Source: Chrysomallon squamiferum (taxonomy: Eukaryota; Animalia; Mollusca). From it: 64,000 bases of DNA. The notes beneath the pieces are model-generated. The model did not search any database. It had not been told where the DNA came from and worked only from the letters and a program-made list of their open reading frames with translations. A program made the translations under genes and the position numbers. Below are positions 52,303-64,000 of the stretch, in pieces. The stretch covers positions 6,448,001-6,512,000 of the forward strand of contig CM022665.1 of the NCBI GenBank assembly GCA_012295275.1, read 5' to 3'. Positions within the stretch are counted from its first letter, which is position 1, and every line of letters starts with the position of its first letter.

Positions 52303-55300
52303 TCATACGAAAACTTTAGCAAGAGCATCAGCTCCCGCACTTGCAATATACGGTTTCTGTGGATGGAAGGCAACATCGTGAATTGATTCATCAAATTTCT
52401 TGCGATGTGAAGTAATCTCCTGAACACACGTCTTGCTGTCTAAATTCCATAACCTAATCGAACAATCATGACCTGAAAAATAAAATTGTGGTAATTGGTG
52501 TACAAGCTGAAAATAGTTTCCATCAAAGAGGTTTTAAAAATATAATTATATTAATACAAAATATAACTATATTAATGCTTATTGTTGATGCTTAGTTACA
52601 TATTAAAATGAAATCTTTTTTTGAAATATGACCCTGAGTTAAGTAATCAAATTTAATCTATATTTTATTAAATACTTGTGTTTCCAGCTGCCATAAAATT
52701 TTAAAATTTACAGTTATATTGTTCCCAGGACCCAATTATTTTCTTTCAAATGATCTGTAAGTATCAAAAACAAACAGAAGGTCCAAGTTGCTTATTTGTT
52801 TTATTAAAAAAATTTTTACCAAATATTTTTAAATAACAAAATTCCTTAAGATAAAATAAAAATAAAACTCACTGCCTGACAAAAGGTACAAGCCATTTGG
52901 ATCCACTGCCAAACTTGTTACTGAGTCTAAGTGTGCCACCATAGAATGGATTAATTTTCCTGCAAATTAAAAATATATGTATTATGATACTGTAAAGGAA
53001 ATTTCAAATTTAAATAATTCAGACAAGAAAAATGCAATATATCCAAAATGTATTCATCTCTTTCTTTCTGCTATTAAACTGGAAGATCTAACTTAATATG
53101 TTATATTGTAATAAATAATTTATCATTTATAATATTTGAAAATGCTCACCTGTATTATTGTCAAAAAACCTAATGTGCCTATCTTCATGTGCAGTTATTG
53201 TCATTGGAAGTGTTGGATGATTTATCACTCGGTTGATTTGATTCACTCCAACAGATTCTGAAAAAAAAATATGTAACACATCTAGTAAGTCAACATTTAA
53301 TAAAATGTAACAATCTATTTTATTCTTCCAAGCAAAAATATTGTTATTTATAAATCTTTGTTTAGAAATATTAACAAGTTCTGAAACTACAAAATAATGA
53401 CACTGTAAGATGCACAAATACTCCTGTTATACATTTAAATGATCCAAGGAGATATTTTTGTTAAGTTATAAAAGTATTCAGATTTACAGTGTTTTTTTGT
53501 TTCTAGTCTGAGAATTCGTTTGCCTGACTTCATTAAGGGTTTAGGAAAAAGACAAAAAAAAACATTCAAACTTACCTGAACTATCTTTAGTTTCTAGTTT
53601 GAGAATTTGTTTGCCTGTCTCGATGTCAAAGATGTAGGTGTTGGCAGATGTGTAACTTGCAACTAACTGACTTGGATCACAACGCACAAAGTCTACTGAG
53701 GTAGGAACACAGTCCTCTGGAAATGATAAAAGATTTACAATCAATATATGGGAACAAGGTAATTCCAAGCATGCTTCAATATAGAACTGTTTTAGCATAT
53801 TTGTTGAAGGGGTACTCTCCAACTTCACAAATCAACAAAAATCATGTCCTTATACTGACATTTAATGAAAATTGGATACCCCAGTGAATTCGAAAATATG
53901 GTACTGATTAACATCAGCATATGGTAAACTATTAAAATGGAGTGGTGGTAACAAGAAAACTAAGATGATAAAAAAAAAAAAACCATCTTTTAAAGTAAGT
54001 TTGACACACTGTATTGCAGAATGACATCCAGTACAAACCTGTATCAACTGTAAATGTATTAAGCAGAGGAGATTTACTACCAGGATTCCACAATCTTACA
54101 GTACCATCAGCAGCACACGACAATAATTGCATCTTGGAACTATGTATTGACAAACCCCACACTGCATCAGTGTGTGCTATTAATGTATCAGCTAAAACAC
54201 TTGGATCTGAAAAGAAAAACCAACATATATGATTAATTATAACAGTTAAATCAAATAAAAACTGTCATACTTATTATTAATTTATGGTCATTATCAAGAA
54301 ACAAGTAAAGATGAACTTTTATACTTTTCTATTTGACTTTTATACTTTGTGGGAAGAGGAGGCTACAATTTGATCATGCATTTTTGTATTAAAAAAATGT
54401 GCATGAACTCACCACTTGTTTTATCTCAGATAGTATTCTTTTTTTATCTTTTATTTCTAGTTTTAAAATCAGTGCTTACCAAAAGAATCATAAGGATCAA
54501 TGTTTGAGTTTGGAATATTCCAACACTTGATAGTGGAATCCATGCCACCACTAAAACACTGCTCCCCAGTTGCACTGACAGCAAGACACAGTACAGGCCC
54601 CACATGACCACGAAACGTGTACACAGGTTCAACATCCAGTGATGCAGCTCTGAAACAATTATACATGCATTTACTTTACTTCATCTTTTTACTTGTTCAG
54701 TAGAAATTTTAAAAAGCACTCAGATAACTGGTTCAGACATTTTTAGTGTTCCATTTCAAATATGACACCTGTAGTTAAATTCAACTGCTTGGCTTAATTT
54801 CAATCCTGAAAATTGTTCATATTTAGTTCTTAAGTGCATTTACTCCAATAAAATAATTTAAGACCAGTTTTAAAGTGCATCTCTTGTGCAGCAACAGATT
54901 ATTTTATTTTTCTGTATAAAAAACAGTTTCATTAATAAATGTGTTACAATAATTGGTAAAGGCTAATTTTTATTATATTATTAGCAAAGATGATTTGCAG
55001 CAACAAATAAATAATATTAAGAAATCATACAGTAGTAATTAATCTACTAGTTTGAACCAACATTGCTCATTTGTATTTCATTATTAAATGTACTGACTGA
55101 ACATTCTGTACTGTTACTGTTTTACTGAAACAAGAATACATGCTATATTACTTTTTGGCTGGTACAGTTTTCTGTAAGTTCCATAGTTTCAGTGTGTGGT
55201 CTTCACTAGCTGTGATAAGAACTGGTTCCACTGGATGAAATGCCAGACTTCTCACTCCATCAAAATGACTGAAAATATGATTAATGATTTAAAAAAAAAT

Positions 55301-58300
55301 ACAAACCTGGACTAGCTTTCTAGACAGTTAAGTTCTGGATAAAATTCAAGACTTGCAAGGCAAGTATATGATGACATGTATAAAAACAGGTTTCAGATAG
55401 TTTAAGTAGATTAAAATAAGAAGTTATGATAAACTTCTAATAAACAATATTATGGAAATTTATCTGAATTAGATAAATGGGTGCACAGTTACAATAATAT
55501 CTGTTCCACTGAATTTTGATTATGTTCTAAGTTGAGTTTCTGTTTATAACTCAGAATACAATTCTAACCTTCTAAGTGTGTATTTTGCATTCCATGTTTT
55601 TCTAAAAACTTCCTTTGGTGCGGTTATCTGAAATTCATAAATGTCAACATGTTCAGAATTTTGATTTTAAACATTAACTGAAAAACATGAACACAAGCAA
55701 GTATGAACTATACTTATTTAAACAAATTTTATCAGTACTGTATTCATGAAATGTCTGGTTTTATTGAATGTTATGAGTTTTTGATCCAAACACGCAAAAT
55801 GTCAAGTAACCATCTTTTTGTTTTGTGCTTAGGTTTTTTAACAATAATAACAACAACAATAATAATAATAATAATAATAAAGGACTTACATCATAACTCA
55901 TGCTAATATTTGACATTGGATCTGCCTCATTTGTGACAGTTAGTCCAGCTAACTCTCCAAGTCCAAGTGCCTCATCCAGAGCATCATCATCTCCTGGAAC
56001 ACCTAAGACTGGTTTTCTAGGACCTGCAGGAAACGGCATAGACCCACCACCCTGAACACCTGAAGTTGACAATTATACTCATTTAAAAGAAGGAGAACAT
56101 TTTGCAACATTTACTGTTATGTTATTTATATTGTTTTCAAATATTCCATCACTTCCTTGTGTGTGTGTGTGTGTGCGTGTAATAACTATGCATTTAGTTT
56201 TCCGATATCTTTTTATTATGTAATGTTCCCAAGCTGTTGATGACTAGTATTAAAACTGATCAAAAATGGTATGTAAAAGATTTTAGTATTTCTGCAATTT
56301 GCTTGCTCTTTGTTTTTATTAAGCTGAAAATTATTTTTGGGTTTATCTGAGAACAGTTGGGGAAATCCTATTTTTTACTTCTTAAAACTCTTTTAAAATT
56401 ATTATTGTGGTCATTGTTACTCTTTATTACTGAACCAAAGTATGTAAAGTTCACATAAATATACATAGCTGACTGTTGCTGAAAAATGCAAACATGTAAT
56501 ATTATACAGTTTTAAATTAATTTCAAATGTGCACAAATCAAGCAAAAGAATTAATAACTATTAAAAACCAAAAGAAAAAACAAAACACAGATGCTTCTAA
56601 ACAAAAACATGCACAGCAAACATACAAAATAATTAATCATGGTGAATATGTGAACAACCTGTGCTGACACAGAATCATTGGGCTTGTGTTACTGCAAACT
56701 GCTCCATTAGTTACATTAATTCAAAATTCAAAAAGCAATGAATGTGATTAGCAAAATACTTTCATTTATAAAATAGACAAAAAAAGAAAATCCATAAAAT
56801 TCATTAATGCTGTATTTATTTGAACAATTTTCCACTTTTATCATAGGAAAATGACAACACATTCTTAAAAATATTAATTTTCACTGCAATATCTGAAAAC
56901 CTGTATATTTAAAAAAAAAAAAAAACAATGTTGGGTATTTTGATATACCTATTTTAACAAACACAATAAAATTAATTTGAAGATCTGGAAAGATTTAAAT
57001 TAAAAAAAAAATTTAAAAAAATGTAGTGTGTTAATGAATGTCACTGAAATGGCCTAACCAAAATATCTCAAGCCTTAGATGAAAATGAACACACAATGCC
57101 ATGTCATCTATGCCAGCAACAGGCTCAAGTCGTACCCATTACATCTATTTCAGGCATGCTACTTCCAGAGGTCTGTTCAGAAGTGGCTCCTCCGGCCTGC
57201 AGCGCGGAGAGCTCTTCCTCAGTGCCCAGGTTTGCCAGCATGGCCCGCAGAGTTGATCGATTAGGTCCTGTCAGCGAGCAAGACACAGCACATAACAATC
57301 CACAGAATGTAACAAGATATTCTCGTGTTAGATGTTATAATGAGAATAAGTCATTAATTTTTAACATCGGACTTACCAGTGAAACAAATAATCAGATAAT
57401 TCAGATGTTTCCAGATGATACTGTTTAGTTATAATCTAATTAATTAATCTATGGATTTAATAAATATGTTATTCTGTAATATTTTGTACGAGCTACTATT
57501 AAGATCTAAGTTCATATGCTCAGACCTTTCTTTACTTTTCACTTAACATTAAACTACGTAACAAATACTAGCTTTTAAATTAAAACCCTTTTATTTAAAT
57601 CAGATTTACTGTACATATTACCCATTTACAATAAATTTCTACTAATAAATATTTATATTTGCTTTAGATCCTTTTCCTAAAACTGTGAGGTATTTGCATT
57701 CATTCCAGAAATGAACATTAAAAACTGTAATAAAATACATATTAAAAGATTTTCCTTCTTTTAGGATCTTATTTAATTTTATTTTCTAAGGCTTTAATTT
57801 GTTTTTAATTGTAATTTGACAAGGGACAGTAACTGTAATTAGATTAACAATATTAACCTTTTCAAATTTAGTACTTTAGTTATGTGACATGCACATCCAC
57901 CTTGGAATTTTATTCTGAGTAATTTGTTTTATCTGCATACCATTTAAGCAAACTGTCATTAAAAAATAACTTTAAAATAATAAAAAATAAATAAAAAAAA
58001 ACATCAAAGACATGCTTGATGCAGCTGTTTAAATCATACAAAATGAGTTTCTTTTTAGTCTTTTACACTTCCAATCAATACTGTTTTAAAAACTGTCTGG
58101 TAACAGATAAAATAAATAAAAATGTTTAGAAAATGAAGCACCGTTCTACATGCACTAGATTAAATCTTTTGCCATAATTGAAGCCAACAATTATTTAGCA
58201 CATATGTGAGGAAACTATATAGTTATTCACAACAGCTTATACTTGTATCTATTTATGCAGTTATATTTTAAAGTTTTAGAGAAATTATGAAATAATTTGA

Positions 58301-61300
58301 AATTCTTCCATGAATCTAAATTGCATCCTCTACTTTTAAACCGTTTGTCCTTTGCAGTAAAAATTGTTTGTACAAAATGCAAACTAAATTTGAAAGCTGC
58401 ACATCTAGTGACGATAATGCATGACACCTGGCAAATAGTCAAGCATGCCAAATGAAGACAAAAATGTATAAGACTCGGACTTACTATTTTTCTTTCCTTT
58501 CCTTTCCTTTTTGTACTGTTCTTTAAGCTTAGATATTTGTTGCTGATCTACGACCCATTCCTCGTTAGGTGACTCATCCTTCTTCTCTGTGTAATACAGA
58601 CAGCCATAAGATCAACCCACATTTGAGCAAGTTCAGTTAATTTTACGTTTGATGATTTATTTTTGATTTTTTTTTAATGTTCTATTTTTTGACAAATAGG
58701 CAATACTTGTCACTCTGTTGGTTAATGTCCCAGAAAAATTGGATGTTAGTACCAAGAGAAAGAAGGAAAGAATGAAAACTATCAAACACAAAACTACACA
58801 TCAGACAAAAAATGTGAAGGCATTTCCAATGAAAAAAAAAAAAAAAAAAAAAGTTAATGAAAAAACAACAACAAAAAAACAGTTAAAAAGGTGGTGAAAG
58901 ATGGTGTTTCTGTAATAAAGTTATTTCATATTCAAACCAAAGATTATGTGAAATCATGGCAAGCATTAGTACACTTATGTATCTCATAAGCATAATGAAA
59001 AACCCATGTGAAATATTAGTTTTGTAATTATGATCAGACATGGCAGAAAAGTAAGATGGCCAAAAGGTATCTTTTTTCTTACCATAGGAACTACACATTT
59101 TATTATCCCAGGTTATTGTTATGAATATAAATTACTTTCACAGAACAAATGTTTACATATAATAGTAATGAACCTGTTTCTCTGAAAAAAAGATTAACAT
59201 TTTTCTTAAGCCTGGAACAAAGAACAACATGTACAATATGCTAATGTAAACTGGCAGATCTTTAAAGAACTTTTGACAATAAATCAGGTATTGTTCTAAC
59301 TTATTTAAGCACAAGCTTTCGACATATGATGAAATTTACCACAACAACCTGTCCTGTTTTATGCTGTTATTGTGGGTATAAGGATTAGTACACATGCTTG
59401 TGAGTAATATGTTTATCCAAGTTAAAGCTAATTGCACAGAGTTGTTATGTCATGTGTTTCTTATGTCATATGAAGAGAAATTCAGGAACAATATACATTT
59501 CAAAAATAATATGTCTCTTTAAATTTTACAAATAACACATCAAGCAGAAAGTAAGAATTACAGTTACCGAAAGCAAAATGTATTAAAATAAGCAAAGTTG
59601 CAGTTAAAACATGCAAAGGTAATTTATTTAATTTTGGCAATAAAACAACTTTCAAATGTTTTCAATTATTAGATTTTACCTTTTGTATTATTATTATTAT
59701 TCCTACATATTAATTATTTTCTAATCTTTATCAGCCATGTCAAGCAGTTCACTTTTAAAAAGTATACATGTATATATAAAAAAAATAAAACTATAAAAAC
59801 TGTCCCACCCTAAACGTTCATGCTGTTACAAAATGCCATGATGCTCTAATTTTGATACAAACTTTAAACAGAAACACCATCATTGGATATATCAGTACGT
59901 TTTACAAACAACAGAAAAAAAGCAAGAATTAACCAGAATGGTGAACAATATGGTGACATTCATAACATCTTACCCCACTCTGATCCATCCCTCGGGCTAC
60001 GAGCTTCACCTGCACCTTCACCACTCTCAGACACAAGGAAGTCAAATTCAGCAAGAGCTTCTTCAGTTTCAGGATCACCTAAAACATCCTCAATTCCTGC
60101 CATACTCTCATTTCCCACCAGCTGTATTAAAAATGTTAAAATAAGACATTGAAATCAGTTTAACTTAACACAGTGATGAATATTCATTAATTATTTTGTG
60201 CAGTAGTAAAGTTTTTTTTAGATATGTAAACATCTACTTTTACCTTAAAATAGTAACAGGTCAATCAAAAGTCACGCAAATAATAAAATCAGTTTCAAGT
60301 TACTTAGTGATCAGTAGAAAATTTGAAGTATTAACACAAATTACAGATTTCAAAATACTGTCATTTATCCAACCATGAAATTTGTTTTAAAAAATAAAAA
60401 TCAGCAACAGAGAAGTTTAACTAAATTCTCCTCACCTTTATCTTGGATCTTTTTCTTTCCAACCTTTCATCAGCTTCATCATCAGCTGAACTGCTGTCTT
60501 CATCACTGAAATCAAAATGGCAAATATACCTTTTACAGGTATGTCATGTGTGTTGTAACACACATTACTTAAAATAAAATAAAAAATAATATAATTTTAG
60601 AAATAAAGTACAATGATGGTTAAAAGACATATATACAAGATCACATCTGTTGAAAGATAATTATCTTTTGTAACTCAGTGAAAAATGTTAATCATTACCT
60701 TAAATTTTCATCTTCATCAACTGATGTTTCTGAAGCTAAGAAGTCAAAAGTGGTTAAAACCGCTGATTCTGTATCCATTAAAGCCCCTTCTAAGTTGGCG
60801 GCTCCAGCAATTTTCTTTCCAGCCATCCTAATTATATAAAAAATAACACAAATAATACCACAAAACATTTTTTATTTAATTATTTTATATGTGGCTTCAG
60901 AATGTATTTTTCATATTTTAGATAGAAACTGAAACTGGCAAACTCTAAAACGACAATGTGAAGCTGGCATTATTCAAACTGACAAACATATATACTATAA
61001 AGTTATTCACCTGCTCACTGCTAAAGAAAATTTCAATCTAGTTATCAAAATACTGTGGATTAAAACTTAAAACTTACTTTAAAAAATTCAAATAATGTGC
61101 ATTTAATTTTTTGTATTATTTATTCAAATGGAAATACACGGATGCATTTTTTACCGTTTAGTCATGGAAACATTGCCTTTCCCTGTCTGCTGTTCTCCAT
61201 TGACAAGTGCATGCTGAGCACTACTATCATTGTCATCTACTGCATTTGGCTGCAGACCCAACAGTGATCGAACCCGTGCAGATCTAACATCAATTATGGT

Positions 61301-62310
61301 GTCTGTGTAGCCAATCTCTTGCAGGTATCTGTAAGAAAAAGTTCCATTTAACTCACTAACAATCTAAAACAACAACGTGATATAAACTGACTGATAAATA
61401 GCTGTTGTAGTAAAACTGCATTAAATTAATATGTAAAGAAAAACATACTGTCTTAAAAGTTGTCTTCCTTGTCTCCATGACGCTGTACTGTTTGGCCCTG
61501 AAGAAAACAGAGCTTCTCCATCAACTAAATCATCTAAAAAAATAAAAATAAAAAAAAATTATATATTTATTTAATTTATAAATATAAAATGACATGGATT
61601 AAAACAATGACAGTTTTTAAGAAGACAGATTTAAAATTAACAATGGCAGAAAAGTCTACACTGACAATCTGATATAACTCTGTATCAATTAATTTTATTA
61701 CAATCTTACCATCTGCCTTTTTTTCAAAACTTGGTGGTTTTAGGTCATCTTGGTTAAGATCTGTTCCATATTTTAACTTGTGATATTTAGCCCTTAAAAA
61801 AAAAGAGAAAAAAAAATATTAGTATGTACTTTTGCAGACCTAATATAATACAAAACTATTAAACAAATTGGTTTTTTTTTTTTTTAACCTACTATTAATA
61901 CTAGTATATGTAAATTTAAATTCTTGAAATTAAAAATTCAGAATCATCTTTGTCTATAAAAGGACTTACTATCAACATTTACAAGAATTATAATCACTGG
62001 ATTATTCTGCATGGTGGTTTGATATGTCCTATATTTCCATATCATTAAAAAATTGCAATACACACCAAAAAAAAAATTCTGTTCGTCTTTCTGACTAGCT
62101 TTCTAAAATATTTAGTATTTCAAAATGTACCTTAATAAACCAGAACCTACTTCAGTAATGATAAAAAATTATTTAATGGCTGACAATACTAAATTTGTCA
62201 CATTACCTTTCTTGTTTAAGGGCAAATTCTAACATCTTTATTCTTCGTACAAGATCCTGTTTGAGATTTTCTTGTCCCTTTCTCTCTCCTTGCAAAAATG
62301 CTATTCGAGC
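52303..62310 (-). CDS. STRN3: striatin (STRN3/SG2NA-like, PP2A B''' STRIPAK scaffold), about 18 exons in the window; first coding exon lies beyond position 64000
   Basis: Coiled coil ARIAFLQGERKGQENLKQDLVRRIKMLEFALKQER|RAKYHKLKYG (62310-62207, 61792-61710); calmodulin site WRQGRQLLRQ|YLQEIGYTDTIIDVRS; DPETEEALAEFDFL...GAGEARS; LGLGELAGLTVTNEAD; WD40 region RKTWNAKYTLRSHFDGVR...TAHEDRHIRFFD...AGADALAKVFV* (stop 52305-52303). An invertebrate gene is probably co-orthologous to STRN/STRN3/STRN4. Confidence 0.95.
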
Positions 62311-64000
62311 CTGCAAAAATAAAATTATAATATTTTAAATATTTCTGGTAAAGAGAAAACTACCTGAAAATAGTATAATTAGAACAAGCCTATATGACTG
62401 CAACATAAAGGCAAAGTAATTGTTTTTATGAATAGTATTAAAGTGAACATGTAATATATTTCTAGTATACAATGTAAACAGTTTAATCTGTCTTAATTTC
62501 ACTGCAGTAAAATGTCATTCAAGCAGAAACAGTATGTCTATATATTTTTGGGATTTATTTATTTTTTATTATTATTTTTTTAATGGCAGGGGAGAGCTGA
62601 TAATCGAATGTTCAATTTAAACTGGATTACACTATAAATCTCAATGAAGAATTAGCTAATGTCATTGATTATGTCAAGTATGGGTTTGTGTTAATTATTA
62701 TTTCACAGGAACCAAGGGCCAAATGGAATTTTGTACATAATGTTGTTTTTTGTTATTCTACATCGATTAGAACTGACCATCCAGAGAGATGTCATCTGAC
62801 AATACAAATCCCTGCCATTTCTTTAACCAATATACTATATATAAATTTATAATTTGCTTGACTAAACATAGAGTTTCATAACATTTGATACACTTTCAGT
62901 TTCTGAACATTTCAAAATTACATGGCACTTAATATATAATGACAACCATTAAGAAACAGGTATCTCTATAATGTTGCACAAATGAGAAATGTATTGTTAT
63001 ATTTTAATCATGAATATACACTGAGAAGGTATAAATAAAATATTATACATAATGAAAATCAAGTGTTATGAAATAATTATAAAACTAAATTATACAAGTA
63101 TATGAATGATAGAATCAGTTCTAGAAAACTGTTCATTAGCTGTTCTTAAACTCATAGATTTTTTTTCAGTTTGTAGAAAATGGAATTTGACTGCAAACGT
63201 AATGTGACATATATACAAAGATGTTCACAAGTGAGTAAAAGTCATGAAGGATGATTGAAGTTCAACTGCATCTAGTCATTCACACACACACAATTCTTTT
63301 TAGATGTAGGTAGTGGCAGCCAAATTTTTCATTAATTTAATAATATGCAAGATAATAAGTATAAAACGAAAAAAAAAAAAATTACAACACTGTTTCTACT
63401 GATTCAAAAGATACATGCAAATCAGTACCATAGGTAACTGGTCGTTTTTTTGTGGTTTTTTTAAAGATATTTTTGCAAATTGAAGGAAACAGCAACTTCT
63501 GCCAACTGTAGTTTGAAAAATAACTGATATAAAAGACTTACAATTACCAAGAGTGCTGGAACCAACTTGCTAAATGAGCTTAATTTGTTTGCAGAGTTGT
63601 AAGTTTATCTGTATATTCGGAACAGCACTGTTGAGCATGCCATATTTGTCAAAATGGAAGGCAGGAGAATGTCCCTAAAATGATTAAAAGTGCAAACGGA
63701 CACTGTGGTTTCAGTTTTGGTCTCATCTGAAAAATTCAACCTGTGTTGTGATCAATTTGCCAAGATCTTTTAAATGACATACTTGAGTCTATTTCATTTT
63801 ATTCCCTGCCAAGCCCATAAAAAATTTACCTTTTCAATTTGAAGTAAAAATGTGAGCCAGTCAACACTAATTACATTTCGTCCAGAGCAGCCATGTATTT
63901 TTTGACACCTTAAGCCCCAAAACTTAGAGAAAACAAGTCAGGTTAGTTTCAGCAAGAATTAATTAGAATTTAACATGTATTTGTTGTTGTTTATAATTTA

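Noticed and set aside
57079-57428. GC-rich plus-strand ORFs (61 and 110 aa)
   Set aside because: Antisense to the 132-nt striatin exon, which explains the GC content.

Overview
AT-rich, intron-rich animal (probably invertebrate) genomic DNA with one 200-N scaffold gap at 25776-25975. Most ORF-track entries are exon fragments or noise, so gene models were built by hand from splice sites and reading-frame continuity. Left to right: (1) a cluster of about 7 decayed 5S rRNA pseudogene copies with shared flanking spacer in both orientations (1-3300); (2) MRPL40 (+, 5 exons) with a Tigger-type MITE in its last intron; (3) an unnamed 359-aa tandem-CARD protein with no enzymatic domain (-); (4) a nearly intronless BTB-BACK-Kelch gene (-), head-to-head with (5) GCN2/EIF2AK4 (+, about 40 exons), which carries a 3.4 kb duplication across the gap (probably an assembly overlap) and a 1.8 kb, 33-bp minisatellite with a sense-strand AATAAA in essentially every unit; (6) PSMA6 (-, 7 exons, 246 aa) with a consensus ARE and an Ets site just upstream; (7) a striatin gene (STRN3/Cka-like, -, 5' end outside the window) with two phase-1 cassette-type exons flanked by Rbfox motifs. 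The best leads are the 2xCARD adaptor, the 5S pseudogene cluster, the poly(A)-signal minisatellite splitting the GCN2 kinase domain, and the striatin cassette exons. No database searches were run; all family calls come from recognised motifs.
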